Shown here: in pieces, positions 1 to 9,108 of the stretch
Position numbering within the stretch: the stretch's first letter is position 1
Layout: each line of letters starts with the position of its first letter
Assembly (NCBI GenBank): GCA_963737265.1
Contig: CAVTRY010000011.1
Location: 576,001-640,000, forward strand
Direction of reading: 5' to 3'
Length of the DNA: 64,000 nucleotides
DNA from: an uncultured delta proteobacterium
GTDB taxonomy: Bacteria; Myxococcota_A; Polyangia; Fen-1088
Notes under the pieces: generated by a model
What the model saw: the letters and a program-made list of their open reading frames with translations, nothing else
Told to the model about the DNA's origin: nothing
Databases searched by the model: none
Made by a program: the position numbers and the translations under genes

Positions 1-820
1 CCGCGCCATCGCCCGCGGCTACGGCGGCCCTGATGTCGCCCACGCATTTTTCCAGGTGCTCGATGCGGGGCAAGACGTGGCCTGCGTTGGCGAGCAGGAT
101 GTCGCGCCAAACCTTCGGCCCCGAGGACGCGATGCGGGTGGTGTCGCGCAAGCTGGTGGCGGAGTTGGCGGGGGTAACGAACGATTCGAGGAACGACAGG
201 TCGGACGCCAGCGCGGCGGCGAGCGCAAACGCCGCCACGTGCGGCAGATGGCTCTGCGCTGCCATCAAGCGATCATGAATTTCCGGATCGATGGTCAGCG
301 TCTGACAGCCGATGCCACGCCAAAAAACGTGGGCCGCGGCGACGGCGGCAGCGGTTGCGTTGCGAGCGGGACACACGAAACAGACGCGGCCGTGATAAAT
401 ATCCGCGTCGGCGGCCTCGACGCCGGAGAACTCGGCCCCCGCCATGGGATGACACCCCACGAATTGGCCGCAGGGCAGCGCCGCCTCGGCAGCCAGCACC
501 ACCGCTGACTTCACGCTGCCGACATCGATGACCGTGGTGTCGCTCGCAAGGCTCCCTGCCAGGCTTCGCACCAGAACGGTCAAGCTCTGCACGGGCGCGG
601 CCAAAAGGACGAGGGATGCCCCGCGCGCGGCGGACTCGGGGCTGGTGGCGACGGTGTCGGCGATTCCGGCGCGCCAGGCGGCCAGCGTGGCTTGAGGATC
701 TGTGTCGTAGCCGATCACGTGGCCGACCAAACCAGCGCGGCGCGCGGCGAGAACGGCCGAGCCGCCGATGTAGCCAACGCCCAGCAGCGCTAGCCTGGGA
801 AAGTGAGCCTGTGATTCCAA
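1..820 (-). CDS. tyrA: Prephenate/arogenate dehydrogenase (3' end runs off the window)
   Basis: Not in the ORF track; translated by hand from TTG at 820: MESQAHFPRLALLGVGYIGGS (Rossmann GxGxxG) ... DVGSVK ... GCHPMAGAEFSG ... HDRLMAAQSHLPH ... LRDTTRIASS. These are TyrA signature motifs. Confidence 0.9.
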   Translation of the reverse strand, partial: MESQAHFPRLALLGVGYIGGSAVLAARRAGLVGHVIGYDTDPQATLAAWRAGIADTVATSPESAARGASLVLLAAPVQSLTVLVRSLAGSLASDTTVIDVGSVKSAVVLAAEAALPCGQFVGCHPMAGAEFSGVEAADADIYHGRVCFVCPARNATAAAVAAAHVFWRGIGCQTLTIDPEIHDRLMAAQSHLPHVAAFALAAALASDLSFLESFVTPANSATSLRDTTRIASSGPKVWRDILLANAGHVLPRIEHLEKCVGDIRAAVAAGDGA

Positions 821-875
821 AACCGTTGCAGCCTATCAGGTTGAAGGCGCGGTCAACAATTCGTTGCTGGCCTTC

Positions 876-1020
876 GGGTACGTTGCATGAACCCGGGTTT
901 TGGAGTGAAGCGACCGGAAACCCAAGGGCGCATCCTCAAGAGCGGGTCGCGAGACCTGCCACGTGCGGGTGTGTCCGCCGAGAGAATGGATGGAAAACCC
1001 GGGCCTGTGCAACGCACCCC
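876..1020. mobile_element. MITE copy 1 (145 bp) with imperfect ~26-bp terminal inverted repeats and 8-bp target duplication
   Basis: Left end GGGTACGTTGCATGAACCCGGGTTTT; right end reverse complement GGGGTGCGTTGCACAGGCCCGGGTTTT. Flanked by TGGCCTTC at 868-875 and 1021-1028. About 95% identical to the inverted copy at 43230-43373. Confidence 0.88.
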
Positions 1021-1043
1021 TGGCCTTCTGTCTGAACAGGTCT

Positions 1044-1586
1044 TCACTCGCTGTAGAGCGCGTGTTCGCGAACGTAGTCTTGCACCGCATGCGGAAGCAG
1101 GCCGGCAACCGATTGGCCGGTGGCCAGCCGCGCGCGTATTTCGGTCGAGCTCAGGGCCGGCATGGCCACGGCGGAGCCACCCGAATAGCCGCCGCGCCCG
1201 ACCACGATCCGCTGTACGTTGCGCAGCAGCTCGCCGGCGCCGTACCACATGGGAAGCTCGGATTCGATGTCCGCACCCACGACCAGAAGAAACTCGATGG
1301 CGGGATGCTCGGCCCGCAGCGCCTTGAGCGTCACCAGGGTACGGCTTTCACCGCCAAGACGGCCCTCTATGTCGCTGACGCGCACGCGAGGTCCGAGCGC
1401 GGCCGCCGCCAGCTCGCACATACGCAGGCGATGCTGGTAAGGCGCCAAGAGCTTGTCGAAGGGATGCTTGCAACACGGCACCAGCCACAGTTCGTCCACC
1501 GCGGCCGTCTCCAGCACGTACAGCGACACCATTTGGTGCGCCACGTGGGGAGGGTTGAAGCTGCCGCCGAAAAATGCCACCCGCAT
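1044..1586 (-). CDS. nadD: Nicotinate-nucleotide adenylyltransferase
   Basis: GGSFNPPHVAH (HxGH-like), VGAD and SSTEIR motifs; 180 aa. Confidence 0.93.
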   Translation of the reverse strand: MRVAFFGGSFNPPHVAHQMVSLYVLETAAVDELWLVPCCKHPFDKLLAPYQHRLRMCELAAAALGPRVRVSDIEGRLGGESRTLVTLKALRAEHPAIEFLLVVGADIESELPMWYGAGELLRNVQRIVVGRGGYSGGSAVAMPALSSTEIRARLATGQSVAGLLPHAVQDYVREHALYSE

Positions 1587-1643
1587 GCGCCCAACGATAC
1601 AACAGGGACGGGCGCACCGGGAGCCCGTCGGTGTGGCTTGTTC

Positions 1644-2840
1644 TTAGTAAAGCAGATGGGGCCGACGACGCTCCGCAAAGGCAGCCTCGGCGTCCTGCCA
1701 GGTCCCGCGAAGGTCGTCGAGTCCGGCGCCCGATTCGATGCCCTTGCGAAGCGCGTCTCCGCCAGCGAGGAGGTCGATGGCCAGGCGATCGGAGACGAAC
1801 TCGTACTTCTCGGTGCGCCAGCGAAAACCATCGCCGGCGAGGGCGAAAAGCGCGCGCACGACGGCGATCCCCGTCAGAAGCGGGCGAAAAACAACTCGAT
1901 CCGCGACGTGGATCTGGATCCCACCGCAGACTTGGCCGGCGAATTTGTGGAAGGTCGGCCGGAATGCCAGCGAACGGAAAACCACGCCCGGAAGCCGGTA
2001 GGTCGCGAGGTGGTCAGCCAGTCGAGCGCCATCGACGAAGGGAGCACCGATGATTTCGAACGGTCGAGTGGTTCCCCTGCCCTCAGATACATTGGTTCCT
2101 TCGAGGAGGCACATGCCGGGATAGACGAGCGCGGTATCGAGCGTCGGCATGTTGGGTGACGGCAAAACCCACGGCAGCCCGGTTGCGTCGAAATAGTCTT
2201 CTCGCCTCCAACCGCGCATGGCGACGACCTCCAGGTCGCAGTCGAGCGGCTTGGCGAAGCGCGGGCCGCCCCAGGGAATTCCGCCACGCACGAGGTTCGC
2301 GATTTCGCCGATGGTCAGCCCGTGGCGAACCGGAATCGAGCCGAGACCCACGAATGACTCCGCGCCGGGCTCGATGTCGCCCCCTTCGACTGCCACGCCG
2401 TCGATGGGATTGGGGCGATCTAGCACCACCAGGTGAACGCCGGCGCGTGCCGCACTCTGCATGCACAACGCCATGGTCCATACGAACGTGTAGTAGCGGC
2501 TGCCGATGTCCTGCAGATCGACGACGAGCACGTCGATGTCGGCCAGGGAGTCGGGCGGCGGGGCCAGCGACTCGGCTCTATCTGCGTACAGGCTGGTTAC
2601 AGGAATGCCGCTTCGAGCATCCCGTTCGCTGCCCACGCCAACCATGTCCTGGGCTTCGCCGCGCACGCCGTGTTCCGGGCCAAACAGCCGAACCAGGTTG
2701 ACCGACGCCGCCGCCAACGCATCCACGGCGTGGACGAGCCGGGAATCGACGCTGGCGGGATGACAGAGCAATCCAACGCGACGGCCGCGCAGAAGGCCCG
2801 ATCTTTCGCTTAGGACGATGTCGAGACCGGTTTGCACCAT
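1644..2840 (-). CDS. namZ: Exo-beta-N-acetylmuramidase NamZ (DUF1343 family)
   Basis: FGPEHG, DLQDIGSRYYT, LDRPNP, PSPNMP and SEGRGTTRPFE motifs. Confidence 0.9.
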   Translation of the reverse strand: MVQTGLDIVLSERSGLLRGRRVGLLCHPASVDSRLVHAVDALAAASVNLVRLFGPEHGVRGEAQDMVGVGSERDARSGIPVTSLYADRAESLAPPPDSLADIDVLVVDLQDIGSRYYTFVWTMALCMQSAARAGVHLVVLDRPNPIDGVAVEGGDIEPGAESFVGLGSIPVRHGLTIGEIANLVRGGIPWGGPRFAKPLDCDLEVVAMRGWRREDYFDATGLPWVLPSPNMPTLDTALVYPGMCLLEGTNVSEGRGTTRPFEIIGAPFVDGARLADHLATYRLPGVVFRSLAFRPTFHKFAGQVCGGIQIHVADRVVFRPLLTGIAVVRALFALAGDGFRWRTEKYEFVSDRLAIDLLAGGDALRKGIESGAGLDDLRGTWQDAEAAFAERRRPHLLY

Positions 2841-4298
2841 CTAGGCGATTTTTACGGGACGGAACGAAATCTGGTCGCCTTGCACCGCGAGCAAGAAGCG
2901 AACGACCTTGCATTCCCACTTTTCGCGCAGGCCGGCCTCGGTGAGGCTCAGCTTGGCCATGAAGGCGAGCACGCTCATGCCTTCACTAGGCTGCCCGAGC
3001 CGGTGCAAGGCCGAGACATACTCGTTGAACAGACGCGGGTAGTAGGCGGCTTCGTTTTCGGCCGCCAGGGCCGAAGCGATCGCGGCCGGCTCCTCGCCGT
3101 CGGTGGCTTCGATAACCATCGCCTCGGCCTTCCACGCCTGCTGGCCGCCCTCGTCCTCTTCCTCGACCGCCTCTTCGCTCGGTTCTTCGCGGCCAAGGAG
3201 GCGCGCCAACATGACGTTCAGGCTGTTGGAAAGTCCCTCGAAATCCTGGCCCACCGGCTTGAAGGTGTAGTCGATGTTGCCGTTGATGACCTCGGCCACG
3301 CCCAGCTCGATCTCGTCGAGAGGCGCGACAAATCGGCGCGCGGTGAGCGCGGAGGTGGCAATGGCCACAATAATCGCCAAGAGCCCGAGCCAAACAATCT
3401 TCATTCCCGCCGCGTGGACATTGGCCATGCCCTCGGAGAGCGAGGCGAGGACGACGAAACCACTGGTCTTGTCGGCAAAGTTGCCAGGCATGGGCGCAAC
3501 CACCGCGGAGAATTCCCGACCTTCTATTTCCCAGGTCTTGACCTCGCTGGGCGTGCCTTTCTGCAGGGTGCTCTCGGCCAGCTTTTCTCCCGAGAAAAGC
3601 AAATTGCTGAGCGCCTGTGATTTCGCGACGTCTTCCTTGGACTTGTCCTCGCCGGAAACGAAGCTGGAGGCGTAGACCTTTCCAGCGTGAAAGAAGCCAA
3701 TTTCGCTGTCGAGCAAGTCTCGATTGGTTTGCGCCGTCGTCGCGCTGACGACCCACGCGAGCAGCACGGCCCCGATGACGCCGTTGTCCGCCCTGAGGAC
3801 GGGCGCAACCGCGACCTCGTGCACGCGGTCTTGCCACGTCCAAACATCCTTCACCGCCGTGCCCTGTAACGCCTGGCCCACGGCCGGATATTTGGCCCTA
3901 AGGTCGAGACCAACGTCGGCATTTGGATTCAAATCGCGCGCGATGATCTTCCCCGTCGCATCGAGAATCGCCACGATGTCTGGCTTGCGCCCCTCTTGCC
4001 CGAGTTGCTGCTTGATCCCCTCGCAGACCTCATAGGTCGCCGACTGCCGGACCGCCGCATCCGCCTTGTCGAAGAGGGCGAGCACCGCTGGGGAATGGGC
4101 ACGAGCGGACGCCAGGTTCGCAAGCTTGAGACCGTTCAGCTGACTGATGTCTCGATAGACCCGCTGCGCACGTGCCACGCGCGATTCAACGTTCTGTCTC
4201 TCGGAATCCCTCAGCGACGTCGTGATCGCGACGTGAAACATGGCCGTCAAACCCGCCAGAACGACAGCGGCGATGAGTCCGATCTTCATACGGTGCAT
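2841..4298 (-). CDS. Membrane sensor-like protein (TM, Cache-like periplasmic domain, TM, HAMP) with myxobacterial MXAN_5187-type C-terminal domain
   Basis: RBS GAGG before ATG 4298; two hydrophobic helices; HAMP-like PLDEIELGVAEVINGNID; acidic linker; C-terminal LFNEYV...FMAKL...VRF segment. Confidence 0.75.
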   Translation of the reverse strand: MHRMKIGLIAAVVLAGLTAMFHVAITTSLRDSERQNVESRVARAQRVYRDISQLNGLKLANLASARAHSPAVLALFDKADAAVRQSATYEVCEGIKQQLGQEGRKPDIVAILDATGKIIARDLNPNADVGLDLRAKYPAVGQALQGTAVKDVWTWQDRVHEVAVAPVLRADNGVIGAVLLAWVVSATTAQTNRDLLDSEIGFFHAGKVYASSFVSGEDKSKEDVAKSQALSNLLFSGEKLAESTLQKGTPSEVKTWEIEGREFSAVVAPMPGNFADKTSGFVVLASLSEGMANVHAAGMKIVWLGLLAIIVAIATSALTARRFVAPLDEIELGVAEVINGNIDYTFKPVGQDFEGLSNSLNVMLARLLGREEPSEEAVEEEDEGGQQAWKAEAMVIEATDGEEPAAIASALAAENEAAYYPRLFNEYVSALHRLGQPSEGMSVLAFMAKLSLTEAGLREKWECKVVRFLLAVQGDQISFRPVKIA

Positions 4299-4499
4299 TT
4301 GTTTCCTCGCACTTTTCGGAGTGAATGGGCAGGCGAAGGCTTCCCCAACAATGAAACCGCGACGGGCTCGCAAACGCCGCGGCGATTATCAGCATCAGGC
4401 CGGCGGCACGTCAAGCCGCCTGGAGGCCGCGCGGGCTGTTGGTTCGTTGGGGGGTACACAAATTTGACAGAGCCGCCCCGAGGACCTACATGTAGGATT

Positions 4500-4859
4500 A
4501 TGCGTACACCATCACGTTCCTCCAGTCCCAAGCCCAGCACGCCCGATCGCCGCGCTGATCGCCGGCGCGAGATCGACGTACTCATGAACCGATACCTCAA
4601 CGGCTATCCGTTCCTTTGCCGGGCATCCGACATCAGCCGAACCGGAATGCGGATCCATCCCATCAGCGGATCGAGTGCTTCGGTCCGCATTATTGGGTTG
4701 CAGTTCCAGCTCCCAGGTTGCGCGGATGTCATCACGGCGTCGGGTGAAGTCGTCACGGAAAATCAGCAGGAGCGTACCGTCGGAGTGCGATTCACGCGCC
4801 TGCCGCCGGTTTCCGCGGATCGCATCGGTCGCTTCCTGGCCGCATCTCGCCCAGTTTAG
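4500..4859 (+). CDS. PilZ domain-containing protein
   Basis: C-terminal part of ORF 3996..4859 from ATG 4500; RRADRR (RxxxR), DISRTG (DxSxxG) and GVRF motifs. Confidence 0.8.
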   Translation: MRTPSRSSSPKPSTPDRRADRRREIDVLMNRYLNGYPFLCRASDISRTGMRIHPISGSSASVRIIGLQFQLPGCADVITASGEVVTENQQERTVGVRFTRLPPVSADRIGRFLAASRPV

Positions 4860-4914
4860 TCTAGAGCACCTCGTTTTCCAGGCGTAACCCGCCCCCCGCC
4901 ATGCGAAATCCCCG

Positions 4915-4933
4915 ATGACTCATCATGAGTCAT
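4915..4933. promoter_or_regulatory. Palindromic operator-like site
   Basis: ATGACTCAT-C-ATGAGTCAT: perfect 9-bp arms in an intergenic region upstream of 5106. Confidence 0.35.
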
Positions 4934-5105
4934 GCTAGAAATCGTTTCGTGTTCAAGCCGCTTGGGCGGCCGAGCATTTTCGCGCTATCGCACGTTAGTT
5001 GACTTCGGGCCTTGACAGTTACGCCCCGTCCTCGCTCATATCTTCATCCATCCCCGCGGTGAGCACCCGGGAGGAAGTCGACCCCTCACGCATGGAGATA
5101 CCGTC

Positions 5106-6311
5106 TTGGAGCAACCGAAAAAGCCTGGTCCTGGAAGAGATATCGCTGACCTGAAAGCCCGACTCGGCTTGGCCCGAGGCGCGCCTGTGCCCGGCCCTGC
5201 GCCCGGTCCGGTCGCCGTACCGGCCATTCCCTCGGTGCCGCCGCCGAGCGCGGTACCCAACCCCAATGCGCCGTTTCCCAATCCCCTCGCCGCGCCGCTG
5301 GTAGCGCCCGCGCCTCTGCCGGTGGCGCAACCAGCCTTCGACGATCCGTTTGCGGCCATGCGTCCGCCCGAGGGCAAGCACTTCGATTTACACTCGGTCG
5401 ACGACGGCAGGCCATCGGTAAGCGTTCAGCGCGGCGGCGGTCTGGCCAGCCGGATCATCTTGGTGATCGCAGCCGTGGTCGCCGGTGCGGTTGGCTTCGG
5501 ATTCGGCGCGTCCGCAGTGGGCCGACGCATGTTCAATCAGGCGAACTTCGGCGCCAAGCGCGTGAAGGCCGAGCTGGACGAGATGCAGAAGACGATCGGT
5601 CAGATTGGTAGCGCGGTGGCGATGAGCCAGCAGCACCTGGCGGCCGCGAAGCAGGATCCCCTGGCCTACGATCCCAAGCTGATTTCCGATCTCGAGGCGG
5701 TGAAGCTCGATCCCCGGCCTGATACCTCGCGCATCTTCAAGGTGAACTACTACCTCCTCGAAGACCTCGCCATCGACCGACTGATGAACTACTACTACGA
5801 CGCGATCAACCTCTACGGCGAAGTCGAGCGGCACATCAAGCGCACCAAGGCCGACAAGGCCACGTTGGAGGCGTTCGCGGCCAAGCTGGCGGAAAAAGGC
5901 GGAACCGACCCGTCGAAGCCCGCGGTCAACTACGGCGTCGTGTTCTCGTCTAGCGGCAAGCTCGCCATCGGCAATCTGGTGGAAATCGGCAAGCAGGTCT
6001 GCAAGAGCGGTGGCGAGAACTGTACCGACAAGGATCCGCTTGAGGGTTTCCAGATCCGCTCGAACACCGGCGCACCCTGGTCGCCGCGCAAGATAGGACC
6101 CAAGCCGGAAGGTGACAAGGTGGTTCCCATCGAGAAGACACCGCTATTCGATGCGGTGATGAACGGTTCGCCCGACCAGGTTCGCATGGAACAGTACAAG
6201 CAGCGCTACAACAACATTCGCCAGATCCTCGCTCGCCTGGGTTCGACGCGGAAGGAGCTGGGAGACGCCATCGACAAGGCAGCCGCCCGGCCTGATCTGT
6301 TCACTTTCTAA
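5106..6311 (+). CDS. Hypothetical membrane protein (Pro-rich N-terminus, single TM helix, helical C-terminal domain)
   Basis: 401 aa; RBS GGAG before TTG; typical codon usage; followed by a terminator. Confidence 0.8.
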   Translation: MEQPKKPGPGRDIADLKARLGLARGAPVPGPAPGPVAVPAIPSVPPPSAVPNPNAPFPNPLAAPLVAPAPLPVAQPAFDDPFAAMRPPEGKHFDLHSVDDGRPSVSVQRGGGLASRIILVIAAVVAGAVGFGFGASAVGRRMFNQANFGAKRVKAELDEMQKTIGQIGSAVAMSQQHLAAAKQDPLAYDPKLISDLEAVKLDPRPDTSRIFKVNYYLLEDLAIDRLMNYYYDAINLYGEVERHIKRTKADKATLEAFAAKLAEKGGTDPSKPAVNYGVVFSSSGKLAIGNLVEIGKQVCKSGGENCTDKDPLEGFQIRSNTGAPWSPRKIGPKPEGDKVVPIEKTPLFDAVMNGSPDQVRMEQYKQRYNNIRQILARLGSTRKELGDAIDKAAARPDLFTF

Positions 6312-6358
6312 GACAAGGTGAATCCGAGCCAAGGGCTCGACCGCAGGCAATCTTCACG

Positions 6359-6397
6359 AAAACGGCGATGGGAGAGATTCCGTCGCCGTTTTGTTTT
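6359..6397 (+). terminator. Rho-independent terminator
   Basis: AAAACGGCGATGG / loop / CCGTCGCCGTTTT followed by GTTTT. Confidence 0.7.
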
Positions 6398-6503
6398 GTC
6401 ACGCCGCTTGACCAGGGTGTTTCGTCAACCGACAGGTCCGTCGACCGCGCCTTCCACGGCCAATTCCTGGACACATCACCAGGTGATTCTTGGGGGGCAC
6501 GCT

Positions 6504-8834
6504 CTAATAGCGCAGCTCGACCCCGGCCCACGCTGCGCGCGGCGACCCTGGGCCCTGAAACCGTGGATCGGTAAAGGCCGGGAACACCGGCGTGGCGTCG
6601 CCCAGCACCCCGAAGCTGGCGTAAACGGTATCGAAGACATTGTCGAGGCGAGCAAAGGCGGAAATCCAGCGGGCGAAAGCATAGTCCGCTCGCAAGTTGA
6701 CGAGCATGTACCCTGGGATCTGCGGCAGCAAGTTCGCCTCGTCGCCGCGATAGTACTGACCGCTGTTGCCGAGGACAGCAGCACCGAGAGCCAGCCCGAA
6801 AGGCACGATCCAGGTAAGCGAAGCCTTGCCCACATGGGCGGGCGTCGACGGCAAATGCGCGCCGGCCGCGACGTCGATCTCGCCATTGACGGCAAGCGGA
6901 TGATGGGTGCTCGGCGCGACGAACGGCGTGCGAAAGGTCGCGTCGAGGTAGGTGTAGTTCGCCGTCCACTCGAGGCGCCCGGTGCGCGGGCTGAGGCGGA
7001 CGCGGCCATGGAGAAGTGCTTCGACCCCCCGCCGAAGGGTATCGCCGACATTGGAGAAGTAGCCCTCGTTGGTGAGCGGGCCCGCGCTGACGAATAGGAT
7101 GTCGTCGCTGTTTGCGGTGCGAAACGCCGCGATGGCGTAGTCGGCCGAGGCACGGCCGTGCTCGAGATGGCCGCGCACGCCCGCCTCGAAGGTGCGCGCC
7201 ACCACCTGCCCGAGCGGCGGATCGGCCACGAACTCGTTGGGCAGCCGGCAGGGAGCAGTCGGGCTGGCGCATGTAAGCTCCATGGGCGTCGGTGCGCGCG
7301 CCGATTCGCTGTAGCCGCCGTACACGCCGATTTGCGGTCGCGGTTGGTACGACAGCCCAACGGCTGGGTTGAGGCGCTGGTACGAGTGATCGCCGCCGAG
7401 GTCGCCCCCCAGCCGATCTTGCAGCGACTGCGTCGACCGGTTGAAGCGCGCCGACAGGGTCAGAAATAGCGCGGGCAAAGGTGCGAACGTGTCGCTGGCG
7501 TAGACTCCCAAGTTCTTCACCGTGCCGTCGACCGCTACCAGGGAAGTCGGATCGACGAAGTCCGTGTCGACCACGCCGCGCGAATCGTTCAAGCGGGCGA
7601 GAACAGTCTCGGACCTGAATCGAATAAGCCCCTCGTCCACGCCCCCGCCGACAAACAGATGGTTCTCGCGACCGCCAATCGGCGTTTCGAACCGAGCCTG
7701 CGCACTACCGCCGAACCCAATCTGATGAGTGTAGGTTGTGTTGTCCGAGCCGTCGTAAGGATTGCCAGGGTCGAATGGCACGGGATTGCCGGATGAATCG
7801 AGGACAACCGTCGCGTCGCTGTCGGCGCAGACAAACCCCGTCCGGCCAGCGGCCGCGCATTGATTCCACACGCCTCGATCGCCGTTGCTCGTCAGTGTTC
7901 GGCTGACTCGGTAGTAGGCCGCGGCCGAGAGGTGCACGGTCGGCGACAGCGGCCGGTCTCCGCGCAGGATCGCCGTCAGCATCCGGTTGTTGGTCTCGTC
8001 GGGATAGGTGAACGCAGCGCTGCGATCTTGCGCCAGGAGCTGAATCGGCGATGCGCCGAGCCCCGCCATCGCCGTGGCGGCCCCGACGACCGACAGGTCG
8101 AGCGTCGCACCGTCTTTCTGATAGACCGTCGAGAAGAACCCGTTGAGCGCCCGCGAGGGCGAGTGCTGCCGCCAGCCTTCTTCCGTGAAGATGCGTCCCG
8201 CACCGAAGTAACCCCAGTGCTCGCCGTGGCCGCCGGCCTCGAGCTCCAGGACGCGGCGGCCCCACGATCCGCCCGACAGCTCAACCTGCGCACCGGGGGA
8301 GTTGAAACCTGTCTTGGTCTCCAGCGACAGGGCACCGCCCAAGGTGTTGAGACCGAACAGCGGATTCGATCCGGGCATCAGATTCAGCGAGTGGATGGCG
8401 CCCGGCGGGATGAGATCCCAATTCACAACGTCGCCGAACGGCTCGTTGAGACGAACGCCGTTCATGAATACCGACATCCCTTCTGCGGCGCCCAAAACAG
8501 GCGAAGCGGTGAAGCCGCGATATTGCAGGTCGGGTTGGAGTGGATTTCCAAGGACCTGATCGATCGCAACGCCACCCAACGACTCGTTGATGAATTCAGT
8601 GAGGTCGAGATCGTGATTCGCGTCGATGGACTCGACGGTCGCTGTTTGGACATTGGCGGCGACGCGATCGCTAGGCAACAACGAGCCGTGGAGGGGCGTG
8701 GTGGCGACGACGACCGTCTCGTACTTCGGCTCGTATTTCGGATCTACGACCCCATTGTCATCGGCGTGGGAAGTCGTTGTTGCGAAAGCGCCAAGCCAAG
8801 CGCCGAGGCAGACGGAGACGCAACGCATAGCCAT
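6504..8834 (-). CDS. TonB-dependent receptor
   Basis: Signal peptide; TonB-box-like ETVVV; plug motifs (YRGF...NGVRLNEPFGD, PGSNPLFGLNTLGG); C-terminal beta signal AGVELRY. Start uncertain (8828-8864). Confidence 0.9.
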   Translation of the reverse strand: MAMRCVSVCLGAWLGAFATTTSHADDNGVVDPKYEPKYETVVVATTPLHGSLLPSDRVAANVQTATVESIDANHDLDLTEFINESLGGVAIDQVLGNPLQPDLQYRGFTASPVLGAAEGMSVFMNGVRLNEPFGDVVNWDLIPPGAIHSLNLMPGSNPLFGLNTLGGALSLETKTGFNSPGAQVELSGGSWGRRVLELEAGGHGEHWGYFGAGRIFTEEGWRQHSPSRALNGFFSTVYQKDGATLDLSVVGAATAMAGLGASPIQLLAQDRSAAFTYPDETNNRMLTAILRGDRPLSPTVHLSAAAYYRVSRTLTSNGDRGVWNQCAAAGRTGFVCADSDATVVLDSSGNPVPFDPGNPYDGSDNTTYTHQIGFGGSAQARFETPIGGRENHLFVGGGVDEGLIRFRSETVLARLNDSRGVVDTDFVDPTSLVAVDGTVKNLGVYASDTFAPLPALFLTLSARFNRSTQSLQDRLGGDLGGDHSYQRLNPAVGLSYQPRPQIGVYGGYSESARAPTPMELTCASPTAPCRLPNEFVADPPLGQVVARTFEAGVRGHLEHGRASADYAIAAFRTANSDDILFVSAGPLTNEGYFSNVGDTLRRGVEALLHGRVRLSPRTGRLEWTANYTYLDATFRTPFVAPSTHHPLAVNGEIDVAAGAHLPSTPAHVGKASLTWIVPFGLALGAAVLGNSGQYYRGDEANLLPQIPGYMLVNLRADYAFARWISAFARLDNVFDTVYASFGVLGDATPVFPAFTDPRFQGPGSPRAAWAGVELRY

Positions 8835-9108
8835 GATATCACCGCAACGGGACAGGGCCGTCAAGCGAGACAGAAACGCCGTGGCCTTTCCGCGCCTTGT
8901 GGGTTTGAGGACGAACGATGTCGGAAATCCGAAAAGGTTTCATCGACGCGACCGAATTTGTCCGCTTTCTTGCTATGCGGTGCGATTGGCACAAGTCGGC
9001 CTGCCTGCATGTCCAACCGAAAATTGAAGGAAACGACTCGGACCAGACATATCAGGGAGTAAAGACTCGCGTTCTCGCCAGTGCCGAAACACCACAAAGA
9101 CGAAATCC

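Noticed and set aside
836-1327. Similar peptides (GTLHEPGF...CNAPLA) in ORFs here and at 42993-43606, suggesting a duplicated gene
   Set aside because: They are translations of the non-coding MITE copies.
8987-9005. TGGCAC as a sigma54 -24 element (also near 11795 on the minus strand)
   Set aside because: No GC at the required 10-nt spacing.
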